Shown one piece after another: positions 1-13,728 of a stretch of DNA of 64,000 nucleotides (position 1 is the first letter of the stretch; every line of letters starts with the position of its first letter). The stretch is taken from positions 16,215,200 to 16,279,199 of the forward strand of contig NC_068983.1 in assembly GCF_001194135.2 (NCBI RefSeq), given 5' to 3'. Made by a program: the position numbers and the translations under genes. The DNA is from Octopus bimaculoides. Taxonomy: Eukaryota. Below the pieces are notes generated by a model, which searched no databases, was not told the origin of the DNA, and was given only the letters and a program-made list of their open reading frames with translations.

Positions 1-1708
1 GGTAAAGAAGTAATAGTATAAGAACAGGAGGAAATGAAGAAAGGAGAGAGCGTGTGTGTATGACTGATTTGAACACATCAGAATCTGATACTCTAGTTAT
101 GATATTTGGAGTTAAAATCCATTGATACTTATAAAATTAGTGAAGAACAACCTTTAACATCTGCCCAGTTTGTACGTGCTCATCACAGACAATAAAACAT
201 ACATTAATAAAACTTTATATTTAGATTTGTTCTTTAATGTTTTATTTATTTTTTTTCCTTGTGAATTTTATTCCTACAAATACTATACAGTTCTCAGTGA
301 AACAGTATATTAAAGAATGCAATTAATAAACTTAACTAAAGACATGTAAATAATGTCACAAGCGTAACAGGTTTTAAAACTGTTGAGAATGTCTAAAAAA
401 CAGTAAACAAAATTCCTCTGCAATGTCTCTCTCTTCACTGCACCCACCATGAGAAGGATATTTTGGTGAGAACTGCTGAGCCACAAAAGATATCAATTAC
501 ATTAAATGTACGTTTGTGTAGAAATGCATACACATACACTGGCACACAAACACACATATAGACATAAATATTCACAGAGATGCTACTATCACATCACCAA
601 CATAGGGACCAGAAAAAATGGCTAGAGGTTTGGTCCAGAAAACAAGAACCACTATGTTAAAGACTGACAAGCTCAGTTTTATCAGAAACATATAAAAATG
701 GACATCAGTTGATTTGTCTTCTTTATAACCTTTTTTTTTTATATATGGATGGGTTGTTTGGGTTTTCATTTCTTACTGTGATCATTAATTTTTCCACTCA
801 GCACATGTGCATACACACATACATACCTACACATACACACAAATGAGGCTGTCATAAATGAGTGAGTAACCAAATGGCAGACACTAACTTCATTCTTCCA
901 TTAAGTAACCAAAGATTTTATTGAGACATTAAAAGCTCTCATACAGCATACCGTTTTGTCAAAGAACGGCTCCTTCACCACCATCTCCCAGACTTCACAT
1001 CTTCAGCAGTTTGGTGCAGACATCAATGAACTGCAGCTGTCTTCCCTACTTTCATTTTGAAATCTAATGGATATATAATCTTCATTTTGTTTTCCCACAA
1101 TATACACACATGCATGCACACATACACACAAATTCTAACAACACTTTTCAGAAACAAAATTAGCATCTTCCCAAATTGACTACTCAACCTGAATTTGCAT
1201 GTCATCGCTGTAGATGAAAGATGGTGGTGAAGAGAATAATGAATCAGAGTAGAGAAAAAAGGGGAGATGGAAAAAAGAAAAAAAAAAAAAAAAGAAAGTG
1301 GGACCCAGGTATGAAGTTATAGGGAGAGGTGGGCATGATGAACTTTAATAAGAAATCTTTCTAAATGGGTCTTTAGCTGCTTTGGTTATTACATTACAAC
1401 TTAAAGAAGAATTTTCTAAGAATGCAAACTGGAATTTTATGTGATATGTGTGTGTGTGTGTGTATAATTTTATTGACAATGACTTAGAAGTTGCAGTGAA
1501 AGTGTGGCTTATTCTAACAGTCACTCTGAATAAGCTACACCTTTATTGGAACTTTGGGGTTCCCATATAATATATATTAGACCCTACACTTGTATTCAAT
1601 CATTTAATCAGTTAGTGGTTGTTTTTATTAATTGGCATTGTTGATCAATTTATAGAAAACAACATATCTTTACTGGGACTTTCACTTTTTCAACATGTGA
1701 GTGAGAAT

Positions 1709-1759
<51 letters not shown>
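1709..1759. repeat. (GT)n microsatellite (representative of many)
   Basis: Others include (GT)n near 9543, 16187, 29747 and 30555; (AG)n 11208-11290; and complex (TA/CA/TG) tracts at 5340-5590, 8888-9030, 23810-23959, 24698-24760 and 25060-25380. Confidence 0.95.
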
Positions 1760-1762
<3 letters not shown>

Positions 1763-3402
1763 ATGTGTGTAACTTCAAAAAAAAAAAAGATTCTAAGACT
1801 ATGTGAAAATCTAAAATTTACTAATTGTTATAATTATGTTGTTAAATGCAATTACATAAGGATGTCAGGAGAGGTGGGATGTAGTAATCAGGGGGCATGA
1901 CTGTTGCTATGAATTTTCTATTATCTAGACATACACTCACACACATTCATACATAACACACAAAATGGTGTGTACTACAGAATATATCAACATGTACTTG
2001 TGTACATATTATCATGAATGCAAATGTGAGGAGGAAGTATGAATGTAAATAAGCATCTGCTTGTCTAATAAATAAGTAAAAAAAAATTAATTTAATATTT
2101 TTCTTTGTTTTTGTTTTTAGTAGAAATTGAATTTTTCTTTTTTTCTTTCTTTTTTTTGTTTTGTTTTTGGCTGTTGCTGATAGACCCAAACGAAAACCAC
2201 AAGAGTATCACCATATCTGTTTTTACCCTCATAGAGAAGAAATATCAATTTTGTACAGTGAAAAGCAGATATATATGTATATATCAAACAATTTGGTGCT
2301 CAGTAAACCCAGTACAGTTTGATGTAGAAAAAAAAAAAAAAAAAAAAAAAGGATTGCAGTTTGCAAATCTCTTTCCCCCCACGAAAAAAAAAGTTTTGAT
2401 AAAATCGAGCTTAATGTTAGATTTAAAAAAAAAAAAAAAAATTAAATTAATATCACATGGAAGAACATGAAAGTATAACAAGAAGGATAAAATTGGTTCA
2501 AAGAACAGCTTGGGTCTCTGTTTAACTGATAGATACAGCCTCATAAACAGGACAGCTTTGAATATATGTAGAAACATGGCTTTTGATAAGACAGCACAGA
2601 GAAACATACCTTTTTTTTTAGTAAAACACAACAGGTATAATTATATATACACACACGCACATACATACATGGCTTCATGAATTGGACAGATCAGTATAAA
2701 TGATGAGACAAAGCATTTTGAACAAGATAAGTATGTATATATGTATATATATATATAGCCAGTGACATAAGGTGACTTCATAAAAGTGTCACTATAAACA
2801 GTAAAATACAATGTATTATATCAACAAATCTTAGAAAGATCTAGAATGATATGATGTCAACAACAAAATATATCAGATTAAGTTTGATTAAAACTCTCAA
2901 TCAAATTGAAATACGTCAATTAGATTCTTAATGTTTCACATGGCATTTTCACAAAAATAGTTTCACATTGTGTAAATGAAAGCTTCATCACATCAAGGAT
3001 ACTGTTTAATTCTGTAGTATTCAATTTATTTTTCTTCAAATTAAATGGAATTAAACCATCTTTAAACAAACTGACCTCATAAAGAAAGAATTCTTAAAAA
3101 AAAAAAAAAAAGAGAAAAGTTTAGTTCCAACAATAAAAATGGCTCTTTTTCTTTTTTTTTATTATTATTTTTACAAGCAAAGTTTTTGCATTTTTATTCA
3201 TCTCTTCCAGCGAAGTAGTTCTCATCGCTGTTAGCACATTGCGTCTCACAGGCTTTGGTAAAATAAAATAACATAAATTCATAATCTTCCAAAAACAAAC
3301 CATAACCTTTAGAATAATTTGTTTATTAAAAAAAACAAAAAAACAACAAAAAAAACAATAACAAAAAAAACACAGAGACTGAAAGGATATTATTTTTACT
3401 GA

Positions 3403-4200
3403 NNNNNNNNNNNNNNNNNNNNNNNNNNNNNNNNNNNNNNNNNNNNNNNNNNNNNNNNNNNNNNNNNNNNNNNNNNNNNNNNNNNNNNNNNNNNNNNNNN
3501 NNNNNNNNNNNNNNNNNNNNNNNNNNNNNNNNNNNNNNNNNNNNNNNNNNNNNNNNNNNNNNNNNNNNNNNNNNNNNNNNNNNNNNNNNNNNNNNNNNNN
3601 NNNNNNNNNNNNNNNNNNNNNNNNNNNNNNNNNNNNNNNNNNNNNNNNNNNNNNNNNNNNNNNNNNNNNNNNNNNNNNNNNNNNNNNNNNNNNNNNNNNN
3701 NNNNNNNNNNNNNNNNNNNNNNNNNNNNNNNNNNNNNNNNNNNNNNNNNNNNNNNNNNNNNNNNNNNNNNNNNNNNNNNNNNNNNNNNNNNNNNNNNNNN
3801 NNNNNNNNNNNNNNNNNNNNNNNNNNNNNNNNNNNNNNNNNNNNNNNNNNNNNNNNNNNNNNNNNNNNNNNNNNNNNNNNNNNNNNNNNNNNNNNNNNNN
3901 NNNNNNNNNNNNNNNNNNNNNNNNNNNNNNNNNNNNNNNNNNNNNNNNNNNNNNNNNNNNNNNNNNNNNNNNNNNNNNNNNNNNNNNNNNNNNNNNNNNN
4001 NNNNNNNNNNNNNNNNNNNNNNNNNNNNNNNNNNNNNNNNNNNNNNNNNNNNNNNNNNNNNNNNNNNNNNNNNNNNNNNNNNNNNNNNNNNNNNNNNNNN
4101 NNNNNNNNNNNNNNNNNNNNNNNNNNNNNNNNNNNNNNNNNNNNNNNNNNNNNNNNNNNNNNNNNNNNNNNNNNNNNNNNNNNNNNNNNNNNNNNNNNNN
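3403..4200. other. Assembly gap (N run)
   Basis: Run of N. Confidence 1.
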
Positions 4201-4659
4201 TTGAAATGGACAGAACAACACTCAAGAATGGGAGGAATAATTTATCTGGGATCACAATCTCTTTAGAGTGGTGTCATCAAACAGACACTAGGTAATTGTT
4301 TTAGGAAAAAACATAATTGGCTTCAGCAATGGCATACCTCTTTATTTCAGTATATCTAATTCCATCTAGTTTCATATAAGCATGAAAAATGGACATGGGA
4401 AAAAAGATAATGTCGAAAATGCCATTGATGATGATAATGATGATGAAAATGATGATGAAATTAAAATTAATAAGAAGAAGAACATTATTAATAATAATGA
4501 TAATAATAATTATGATGATGACAATGATGATAATAACAATGATGCAGATGAAAAACAACAGGTAATATCAAAATTCAATTTTTGGATACCAAGAAATGAT
4601 ATCACAACTGGCTGGATTATATACCTGGACGTCACAGTTACAGATGTCATGCACAAAGA

Positions 4660-5060
4660 TGTTATCATAGACTTTGAATATCATACAATGCACAAATTTA
4701 ATAAATTTTGATATCATACAGTCAGATGTCATACAATTGAGTATCAAACATCATAGAACACACAGGCATTACAAGCTTTGATATCATACAGTAATATATC
4801 ACACAGAGATATCAAATATAACACTACAGCTTTCACAAACTTTGATACCATACAGTAAGATATACATTTGGATATCAAATATGATACAACACACACATTT
4901 CACAAACTTTGATATCATACAGTGAGGTGTTGTACACATGGATATCACATATGTAACACAGATTTCACAAACTTTGATATCATACACTTAGATATCAAGT
5001 ATATGTAACACAGATTTCACAAATTCTGATATCATACAATCAGAATGTCACATACTTGGA
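4660..5060. repeat. Degenerate minisatellite, ~52-70 bp period, core CACAAACTTTGATATCATACA
   Basis: Core recurs at about 4707, 4777, 4841, 4908, 4973 and 5025. Confidence 0.8.
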
Positions 5061-5960
5061 TATTAATCACGGAGCATAGGACATATGTAATGGAAACAAT
5101 TCCATATTACGTAGTTTTTATAGATTTTTGCTTTTGTTTTTATTTCTGGTTTTCACTTTCGTTTTTCTTATTTATTTGAATTCCACCCCAAAGATTTTTT
5201 ATCTTGCATCAATATCACATGAAAAAACAAATGTATTAAAAAAAAATTTGGAGAAACAGAACCTTAATATTAGTAACAATAGCAACAGTTGTTAAAAAAT
5301 TTCTTATTTGTGAAATAATACTATAAAATAACAAATATGTATGCGTAAGTATGTATGAGTGTGTGTTGTGTGTGCTTATTTATGTATGCATATATCTTAT
5401 ATAAAATATGTATATATAGTTGTAAACATATATATATGCGCATGTATATATATCTGCACATATACAGACATGCATATATAAAATGTATTTATGCATACAC
5501 ACATTATATATATAATGAATATATGCATATAATGTATGTGTGTGTATGTGTATATATATATACATATATATATATATATACACACACACATCACACTAGA
5601 GGAAGAGAGATTAATTTGATAGCATTACATCTAAGACAAAATAAATATTCACCTCCATCAATAAATATTCCATCTACCAGATATTACAGCCTCTGTGTCC
5701 TCTTATAAATTTCTCAATACACAGGCTAAAGGAGTGGACAAAAAGCATCTTTATTTGTGGATGATAAGACAATGTAAAGAGATGAAATCTGAATATGTTT
5801 TGACAGAATTATAGAAATATTTAATTTCGACCCTGCAGTAGTGGATCTATTCAAAGTGGCACTCCAACATTTCAGATACCAGGCAAGAGGACTTTCCAAT
5901 AAATTGAATGTAGAAAAAAAAAAAAAAGAAAAAGAAAATGTGCACTTAGAAGATTGATTA

Positions 5961-6353
5961 NNNNNNNNNNNNNNNNNNNNNNNNNNNNNNNNNNNNNNNN
6001 NNNNNNNNNNNNNNNNNNNNNNNNNNNNNNNNNNNNNNNNNNNNNNNNNNNNNNNNNNNNNNNNNNNNNNNNNNNNNNNNNNNNNNNNNNNNNNNNNNNN
6101 NNNNNNNNNNNNNNNNNNNNNNNNNNNNNNNNNNNNNNNNNNNNNNNNNNNNNNNNNNNNNNNNNNNNNNNNNNNNNNNNNNNNNNNNNNNNNNNNNNNN
6201 NNNNNNNNNNNNNNNNNNNNNNNNNNNNNNNNNNNNNNNNNNNNNNNNNNNNNNNNNNNNNNNNNNNNNNNNNNNNNNNNNNNNNNNNNNNNNNNNNNNN
6301 NNNNNNNNNNNNNNNNNNNNNNNNNNNNNNNNNNNNNNNNNNNNNNNNNNNNN
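5961..6353. other. Assembly gap (N run)
   Basis: Run of N. Confidence 1.
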
Positions 6354-6980
6354 ATATCCCTATATAAACTAAAAAATTTCCTCTAGCTATTTTCAATTTT
6401 GATAGATGGGGATTGAACAGTACTTAAGCTGATTCTATTTGTTGAGTAGCCTCTTCATTTAGTTTTGCTCAATAGACATCATCACAACATATGTGACAGA
6501 AGCAGCCAATCATGTCATTGGGAATAATGAACTGGTCCAGTACATATGAATATAGTTTGATATAAAATGATGAAGCATTTAGGTGCAACTGGAGGCTTTA
6601 GTATTTCTAAGAGAAAAAAAGGGGGGGAAAAAAAAAAAACTTGTTCTGCAACACACAATTTTAGCCAGCAATTTTTTTTTTTTTTGTTCTAACCATTTCT
6701 TAAATGTAAATATAATGAACAACTTCTGAAAATGAAGATTAATATCTAAGGAGTTCAGGGGACCAGAATTGCTTGAGAGCAAGATGGAAGAGAAAAACAT
6801 CAAAATAAATACCAGGTTGTCACCAGAGATGGTCAGATGAAAAGCTACCCATATAAAAGGAAATCATGTCCCACTGAAACCAAATCAGCTAATCTGCTGG
6901 AGAACATGAAATTCAACCAGCTTCATACCCCTTGAACTGTAATACCATATACTCTAAAAGAAATGTTGGTATAGTATAGT

Positions 6981-7143
6981 CATCATCATCATTTTACGTC
7001 TGCTTTCCATGCTGGCATGGGTTGGACGGTTCGACAGGATCTGATGAGTTGGAAGATTTCATCATGCTCCAATGTCTCAATTTTGGCATGGCTTCTACAG
7101 CTGGATGTCCTTCCTAATACCAACCATTTTATAGAGTGTACTA
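6981..7143 (-). mobile_element. Older family 1-related 3' fragment, reverse orientation
   Basis: (cat)n ttttacgtctgctttccatgctggcatgggttggacg...tacagctggatgtccttcctaa. Similar reverse fragments at about 28749-28990, 38740-38880 and 63600-63790. Confidence 0.7.
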
Positions 7144-8887
7144 TAGTATTAGGAGTATATTATTGTAGAGATATCCTCATATTTTATCTCAGAGTATGTT
7201 TTCTACTGTAATCTAAACAGACACGATATTTCATAAATAAGATCATACTAATTAGTTATTCAATTTGTTACTGATAATTTATCTTCAATATGCGAAAGGC
7301 CACTACAAAAAGAAATTCACGAGTGTAACTGCCAGATTACATATATATGGGTCATATATATGGGTGTCACGTTTCTCTATAATTCTTCTCAAATATTGTA
7401 TAGATGTATATTAACTCCAGATTTGATCAGATTGTAAATCAGAAAAAACAAAATAATGAAAACAATGGCATTCAAAATGAAAGAAGATTAAACCATTACA
7501 TGAATCTGGCAGTGACCAGTTACTCTTAATGGCTGTAGATGATGCATATATAAGATTCACTAATTAAAAAAAAAAAAAATGACACAAATCAGCAGCATCA
7601 TAATCATAACTGTTTTAAGCTTCTTGCTGGCAGATTGGACGGGTGTGCAATACATCATCTCTCTCTATATGTCTAGGTTTTGTATTGCCTCATCTATGGG
7701 GCCCAAATGTCCTGAGCTAACCTAGTTAATAATTACATCATTTCAACTCCTCCTTGGTCTACCTCTAACAATCAACCCATATACAAACAACAGAAAAGTC
7801 ATACACAAATTATTGCCACAAGAAAACACATGTTTTAAATCAGGCAAACCTACACAAACACTAGGCAAATAGATAACAGCCTGCTACTGTCTTGGAATAA
7901 TGATCCAAATGATTATTTAAACCAGGAATTTAATAATGTAAGTGTACAAAATAACAAAAACCTGTTAAAGGTGATAAAATTTGACAATGTTAACACACAC
8001 AAAAAGATAGGGACAATTTGAAAGAAATCACCAAAACAAAAATTTTTAAAAATCAATGAAAGTCATTGGATAGGCTCACATACAGAATATTTGTAGAAAA
8101 AAAATACAAGAAACTTAAAGATAATAGGTGAAATAGAACAAGCTTACAACTTCATCTTGATTTCATAGCGAAAGTCAATTCATATGTAATAAACATCATC
8201 TGTTAAAACAGTGTAGTCAATTTTTTAAGAATGCACTACAGTATGATGGCTAAAAAAGGCTTTGATACTGTTTCTTAAATAATATGACAGACAGACATGT
8301 TTTATAGTAAAGATATACGAGAATAATAGTAGTAGCTATACACACTTATAGACATTTCACATAGGTAGAGAGCAACACATTGAAGAATAAATGCTAACAT
8401 GTTTACAAAAACAGTAGGTTTTGTGTTTGAATGTTAGAGTTGAAGGTAGATATTATTATTATTATTATTTTTCTTTCATTCTTTCTTTTGAAAAGAAAAT
8501 AGAATAAAATAGAATAAAATAGGACGTATGTTTCCATGGACACTTTCTTTCAAGCAAGACTACTCTTTTTAAAGATAATACTTGAAATAATTAACAAATA
8601 GGTAATATGGAGATAAAATATTTAAAAAAAAAAAAAAAATATACCAATTCAGGATTGTTTCTTAATTCTGTAAAAACGAAAATTTAAAAGAGAGAGCAAG
8701 AATATTTTTCATTTCAAAATGTTATATGGACGAAATTGCACAAAAAAAAGCAAACATTGATTCTGGACTGAATTCTGCTTACCAATAATAGGATGGGAGT
8801 GGATCTACAGACTTGCTAAATAAAATAATATATCAACACCTTCCCAATCATTATTGTTCAGTTAATTATAAAAGATACCTAAACATA

Positions 8888-8945
<58 letters not shown>

Positions 8946-9539
8946 AATATTTATATATTGTGTATAACATATATATGCATATATACACACACACACACGT
9001 GAACATCTACATACACATATAGACATACACACTAATTTGTGTCAATATCTGAAGTTGAGATAACAGGATAAGACACAATAGGAGGCAGCAAAACTGTACT
9101 GTGTCTTTACACAAATTTATAATTTAGAAAGCTTACCTCTCACAACCTTCCCAAAATACAATTATTTCATCACCTTAAATATCAAACTATATATCACATA
9201 TAGTATGTGCTCAGTATGATTTGGTTTCTTCAATTGTTTACATATTTCCAGAACAATAAAACATTCTCAGATTCAACCTCAGATTTCAGTATATAAAATG
9301 GGAGATTTTGATGTGTGTGCATGTATGCAGTTTATTAAGGGTGGTCCAATGGCCTGTTCCTCAAGAGTTTCCACAGCACACAGTCAGCTCTTCAGGCAAG
9401 TTCAACCAGGCCAGTTTTGGAGTTGTCTGAAGATGCAGTTACATGCCACAGAAGTTCCTGAGTAACAAATTGAACTAGCTTTAACAAACTACTGCACAGT
9501 ACATTTGTATTGGGTATGAGCACTATTTCATACAATTAA

Positions 9540-9585
<46 letters not shown>

Positions 9586-10110
9586 GTGGTTGTTTTCAGT
9601 CATGTATGTAAAATAGATGTTAGAAATTCTTTTGGCAATAATTACGAGAATAATAAAGACAATGATTTTCTGTTTTGTTTTTAATTAAGCCAAAAAGAAT
9701 TATATGGCTTCATTAACAAGGAATGGGAAGTTGTGATATTCATGTGTTTCTGAAATGATAATATCATTTAACTTAACAAAGAATAAGACAGTTTTATTGC
9801 AGACTCTGATTGCAGAGAATTTATTGCCAAAAATACACCCACTGCAATAATACTTTAATATATATATTTCTGTCCTTAGCATAGATTTTTAGGAAGAAAA
9901 TGAAAGAGGGTGGGGCAGATATCTATTCAAAATCATCTTCAGTGAACTACTGGTACTTGCATAATGCATTTTCATCAAATCCAAAAAGAAAAAATACATA
10001 GATAATTTTAGCAGGTGTTGAATAGCAAGAGGGATGGAACTAAATACAATAGATCATTTAGCCTAGTACTCTACACTTTTGGGTATTCCCTTGTTCTTAA
10101 ATAATAAGAA

Positions 10111-10325
10111 TCCTTTCTTCTATAGGCACAAAACCTGAAATTTGGGGAGAGAAGGCTAGTCAATTACATTGACCCCAGTGTTCAACTGGTACTTATTTTA
10201 TTGACCTCGAAAGGATGAAAGGCAAAGTCAACCTCGGCAGAATATGAAATCAGAATTTAGAGCCAGAAGAAATGCTGCAAAGCATTTTGTCCAGTGTGCT
10301 AACAATTCTGCCAGCTCACTGCCTT
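10111..10325 (-). mobile_element. Meta-like SINE copy
   Basis: Collinear with 21179-21391. Confidence 0.75.
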
Positions 10326-11204
10326 TAGCTGTTTTAAATGGGTACGAAATATGATAAATATAACACAGACTTTAAATGATAAATTACTAATGTTTCATAT
10401 CTTGGAGACATTAACAATGATATTTTGTTTAAACAAGTGATTTTTCCAGCCGATAATTGAAAGTGGATGTGATATAGGTTTGCCAATGCCAGAAAAATAG
10501 TTAATATTTACTTGGCAATATAATGAAAGAATTGGGGAGGAACTGACTATGAGAACTAATTGTTGCAGAGAGAGTGAGAGAGAAGGAGATTTAATGATGT
10601 GTGTGTGATGCCACAGTAGATCTAGATTAAGTGAAGATGTAGTTACAGATGAACAGGAGAGAAAGAGAGAGGAGAAGGGATGGCATGAGATATACACACA
10701 AAAATGTAAAAGAAAAAAATGGGAGATAATATGCTTCAAATGTCAGGTACATACAGCAATATATACAGCATTACTAGGTGTTTTGTGACTAAGATTCTTT
10801 CAACTTGCATTATTAAGCAAAGATAATGCTTGGTCTCTCACACACACACACACACATGTATACATACATATACACACCGGCAAACACACACACACACACA
10901 CACATACCTTCACATCTTTTAAAGTGCAATAAAGTTCCTTTATTAGCCATTGGTTGTCACTACCAGAACACCTGCCTGGAGAAAAGTTAGAGACACCACT
11001 ATGGTACCTACTGAAATGTCTTAAAAACATGAGCCAATAAGGGGCCTATATGTAGTTGCTTACTAGACTTGCTAGAAATAGCAGCTGAATCTCTCTTAGA
11101 TCACACTCAACCAAAGAAGGACAAATAAAAGATACGATGGTTACTGCTGGAATGCCTTTGATCCAAGGCCTGCTTTATCAAGACTGTCCTTAAGACTAAA
11201 CAAC

Positions 11205-11268
<64 letters not shown>

Positions 11269-12295
11269 GGAGAGAGAGAGAGAGAGAGAGGAGGAGGAGG
11301 AGGAATGAAGTGAGAAATAGAGTGAGACAGAAGCAGGACGGTATCTGCCATCTGAAAGAAAAAAAAAATTCAGTTCATCTTGGCCTCAAAGGAAAGCCAA
11401 TGTACCCAATGAAACAACTTTATGATGGTGTAAGAAAAATATTCAAGTGAAATATGAGAAGTCCATGTAAGTGCAACTGTAGGCCCCTTAAGTTGTGGAA
11501 AAGAAATAAATTGTTACAATTTGTGATTTGAATGAGAAAAATCTCACTTAATCATCTGAAACTCAGTACGTCCAAGTACTGATGAGGAATATGGAGTAAA
11601 TCAAGCCATAACAGTGTAATATCACAGCTACATTGGTCTGAAAAGCTTCAGTACAATATAATTGCTATGCCACACATCAATATACCATGTTGAGTAAATG
11701 AATACACATGATGTAAGCCTGAATAAATGTAAATATGATCATGTAGGTGTTGTGTATAAGAGAGAAAGACCATGCATATTTTCAACATTTGCAGCACAAG
11801 GCCACACAATTTTGGATAAGAGGAAGAGTATGATCAATTGTTTCTCCAGTACTTGACTAGTACTTATTTTCTTTGTAATAGTTCCCCAACACATACATGT
11901 GTGTGTGTGTGTGTGTACGTGTTTCTATACATATGTGTATGTGTGTTGATGACATGAACAAAAATTAAAGCAGTCAGTATTAATCTGAATATATGATGTA
12001 AAGAAAAAGACACAATTTAACTAGTCATGGTGTACTGCCAGTTTCACAGCATTATATAATAGTTGTTTGCCAGCACAGTCAGCTTCTATTTACAAGCAAA
12101 AAGAAAGGTTGGTAACTTCAAAGGTTGCACTCAAATTAAAATTACATCTCCTGAACTTATCAACCTCATTTTTGCTTGTAAATAAAATATAGTAATGCTG
12201 ACAAACAACTATTATATGATGCTGTGAAACTGGCTGTATACCAAAAGTGATTAAATTATATATGTCTTTTCTTATATATATATATATATATATAT

Positions 12296-12861
12296 NNNNN
12301 NNNNNNNNNNNNNNNNNNNNNNNNNNNNNNNNNNNNNNNNNNNNNNNNNNNNNNNNNNNNNNNNNNNNNNNNNNNNNNNNNNNNNNNNNNNNNNNNNNNN
12401 NNNNNNNNNNNNNNNNNNNNNNNNNNNNNNNNNNNNNNNNNNNNNNNNNNNNNNNNNNNNNNNNNNNNNNNNNNNNNNNNNNNNNNNNNNNNNNNNNNNN
12501 NNNNNNNNNNNNNNNNNNNNNNNNNNNNNNNNNNNNNNNNNNNNNNNNNNNNNNNNNNNNNNNNNNNNNNNNNNNNNNNNNNNNNNNNNNNNNNNNNNNN
12601 NNNNNNNNNNNNNNNNNNNNNNNNNNNNNNNNNNNNNNNNNNNNNNNNNNNNNNNNNNNNNNNNNNNNNNNNNNNNNNNNNNNNNNNNNNNNNNNNNNNN
12701 NNNNNNNNNNNNNNNNNNNNNNNNNNNNNNNNNNNNNNNNNNNNNNNNNNNNNNNNNNNNNNNNNNNNNNNNNNNNNNNNNNNNNNNNNNNNNNNNNNNN
12801 NNNNNNNNNNNNNNNNNNNNNNNNNNNNNNNNNNNNNNNNNNNNNNNNNNNNNNNNNNNNN
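12296..12861. other. Assembly gap (N run)
   Basis: Run of N, preceded by (TA)n. Confidence 1.
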
Positions 12862-13695
12862 TCCTTATTTTCAAAATTAATTGAAATATAGGCAGTGTAT
12901 TTCAAGATATATGGTAACAAAATCATTAAATGAAAGTGAAAACAAACCCATCCTACACCAAAAAATTAATACTTTCAAATTAAATTGATTAATTACCACA
13001 AAAGAAAACTGAGAGTGAAGAGGACATTTTTTTTTTTTTTACTTTTTTTCAGTTCTTTCTATTAAATTTTAATTAAACATTTTTAAAAATCAAAACGATA
13101 AGCACCTGGCCAACCATTTCAAGTAGAGCACAGAAAGTGAATATATGACAGAGTGTTGATGCAAAGGAAATTCAAAGAGAGATGTAAGCATGCTATCATG
13201 GACTAACTGGTATATATATTATCCCTGAGAGTGAACAACTGCACCCAACAACAACAACAACAGGAAGTATATACTGCTAAAATATTTACTTGTAAATAGT
13301 CAATATTTCTCATATTTAGAGTTAAACAAGACAAAATATGGGCAAAAATGAGTGTGGGTGGAATCAGAGAAATGAAAGAACAAATGTAAACCAGTTTCTG
13401 TTAACATAAACACTCTTTCAGTCTCTCACTCTCTCTCTCTCGCTTCACTCACACATACACTTAATGTGATATGTAAATATATGCATGTACACATATACAG
13501 ATGTATGTACGCATGTACATACACACACAAACATACACATTTATCTTTTACTCATTTCAGTCATTAGACTGTGGCCATGCTGGAGCACTGCCTTGAAAAG
13601 AATACAAGTCGTACACGCACAATATTAAATATTAGATTCAAAGCCAGCAGAAAAATCAAAAGCAGATTTCTACAATTTGCTACAGATTAATCAGA

Positions 13696-13728
<33 letters not shown>

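Noticed and set aside
946-1030. AYRFVKER peptide resembling a dual-specificity phosphatase C-terminus
   Set aside because: The resemblance needs indels to continue, the acceptor is weak, and there are no other phosphatase exons.
4382-4711. Asp/Asn-rich 109-aa ORF
   Set aside because: Translation of GAT/AAT microsatellite plus minisatellite, with no splice or domain support.
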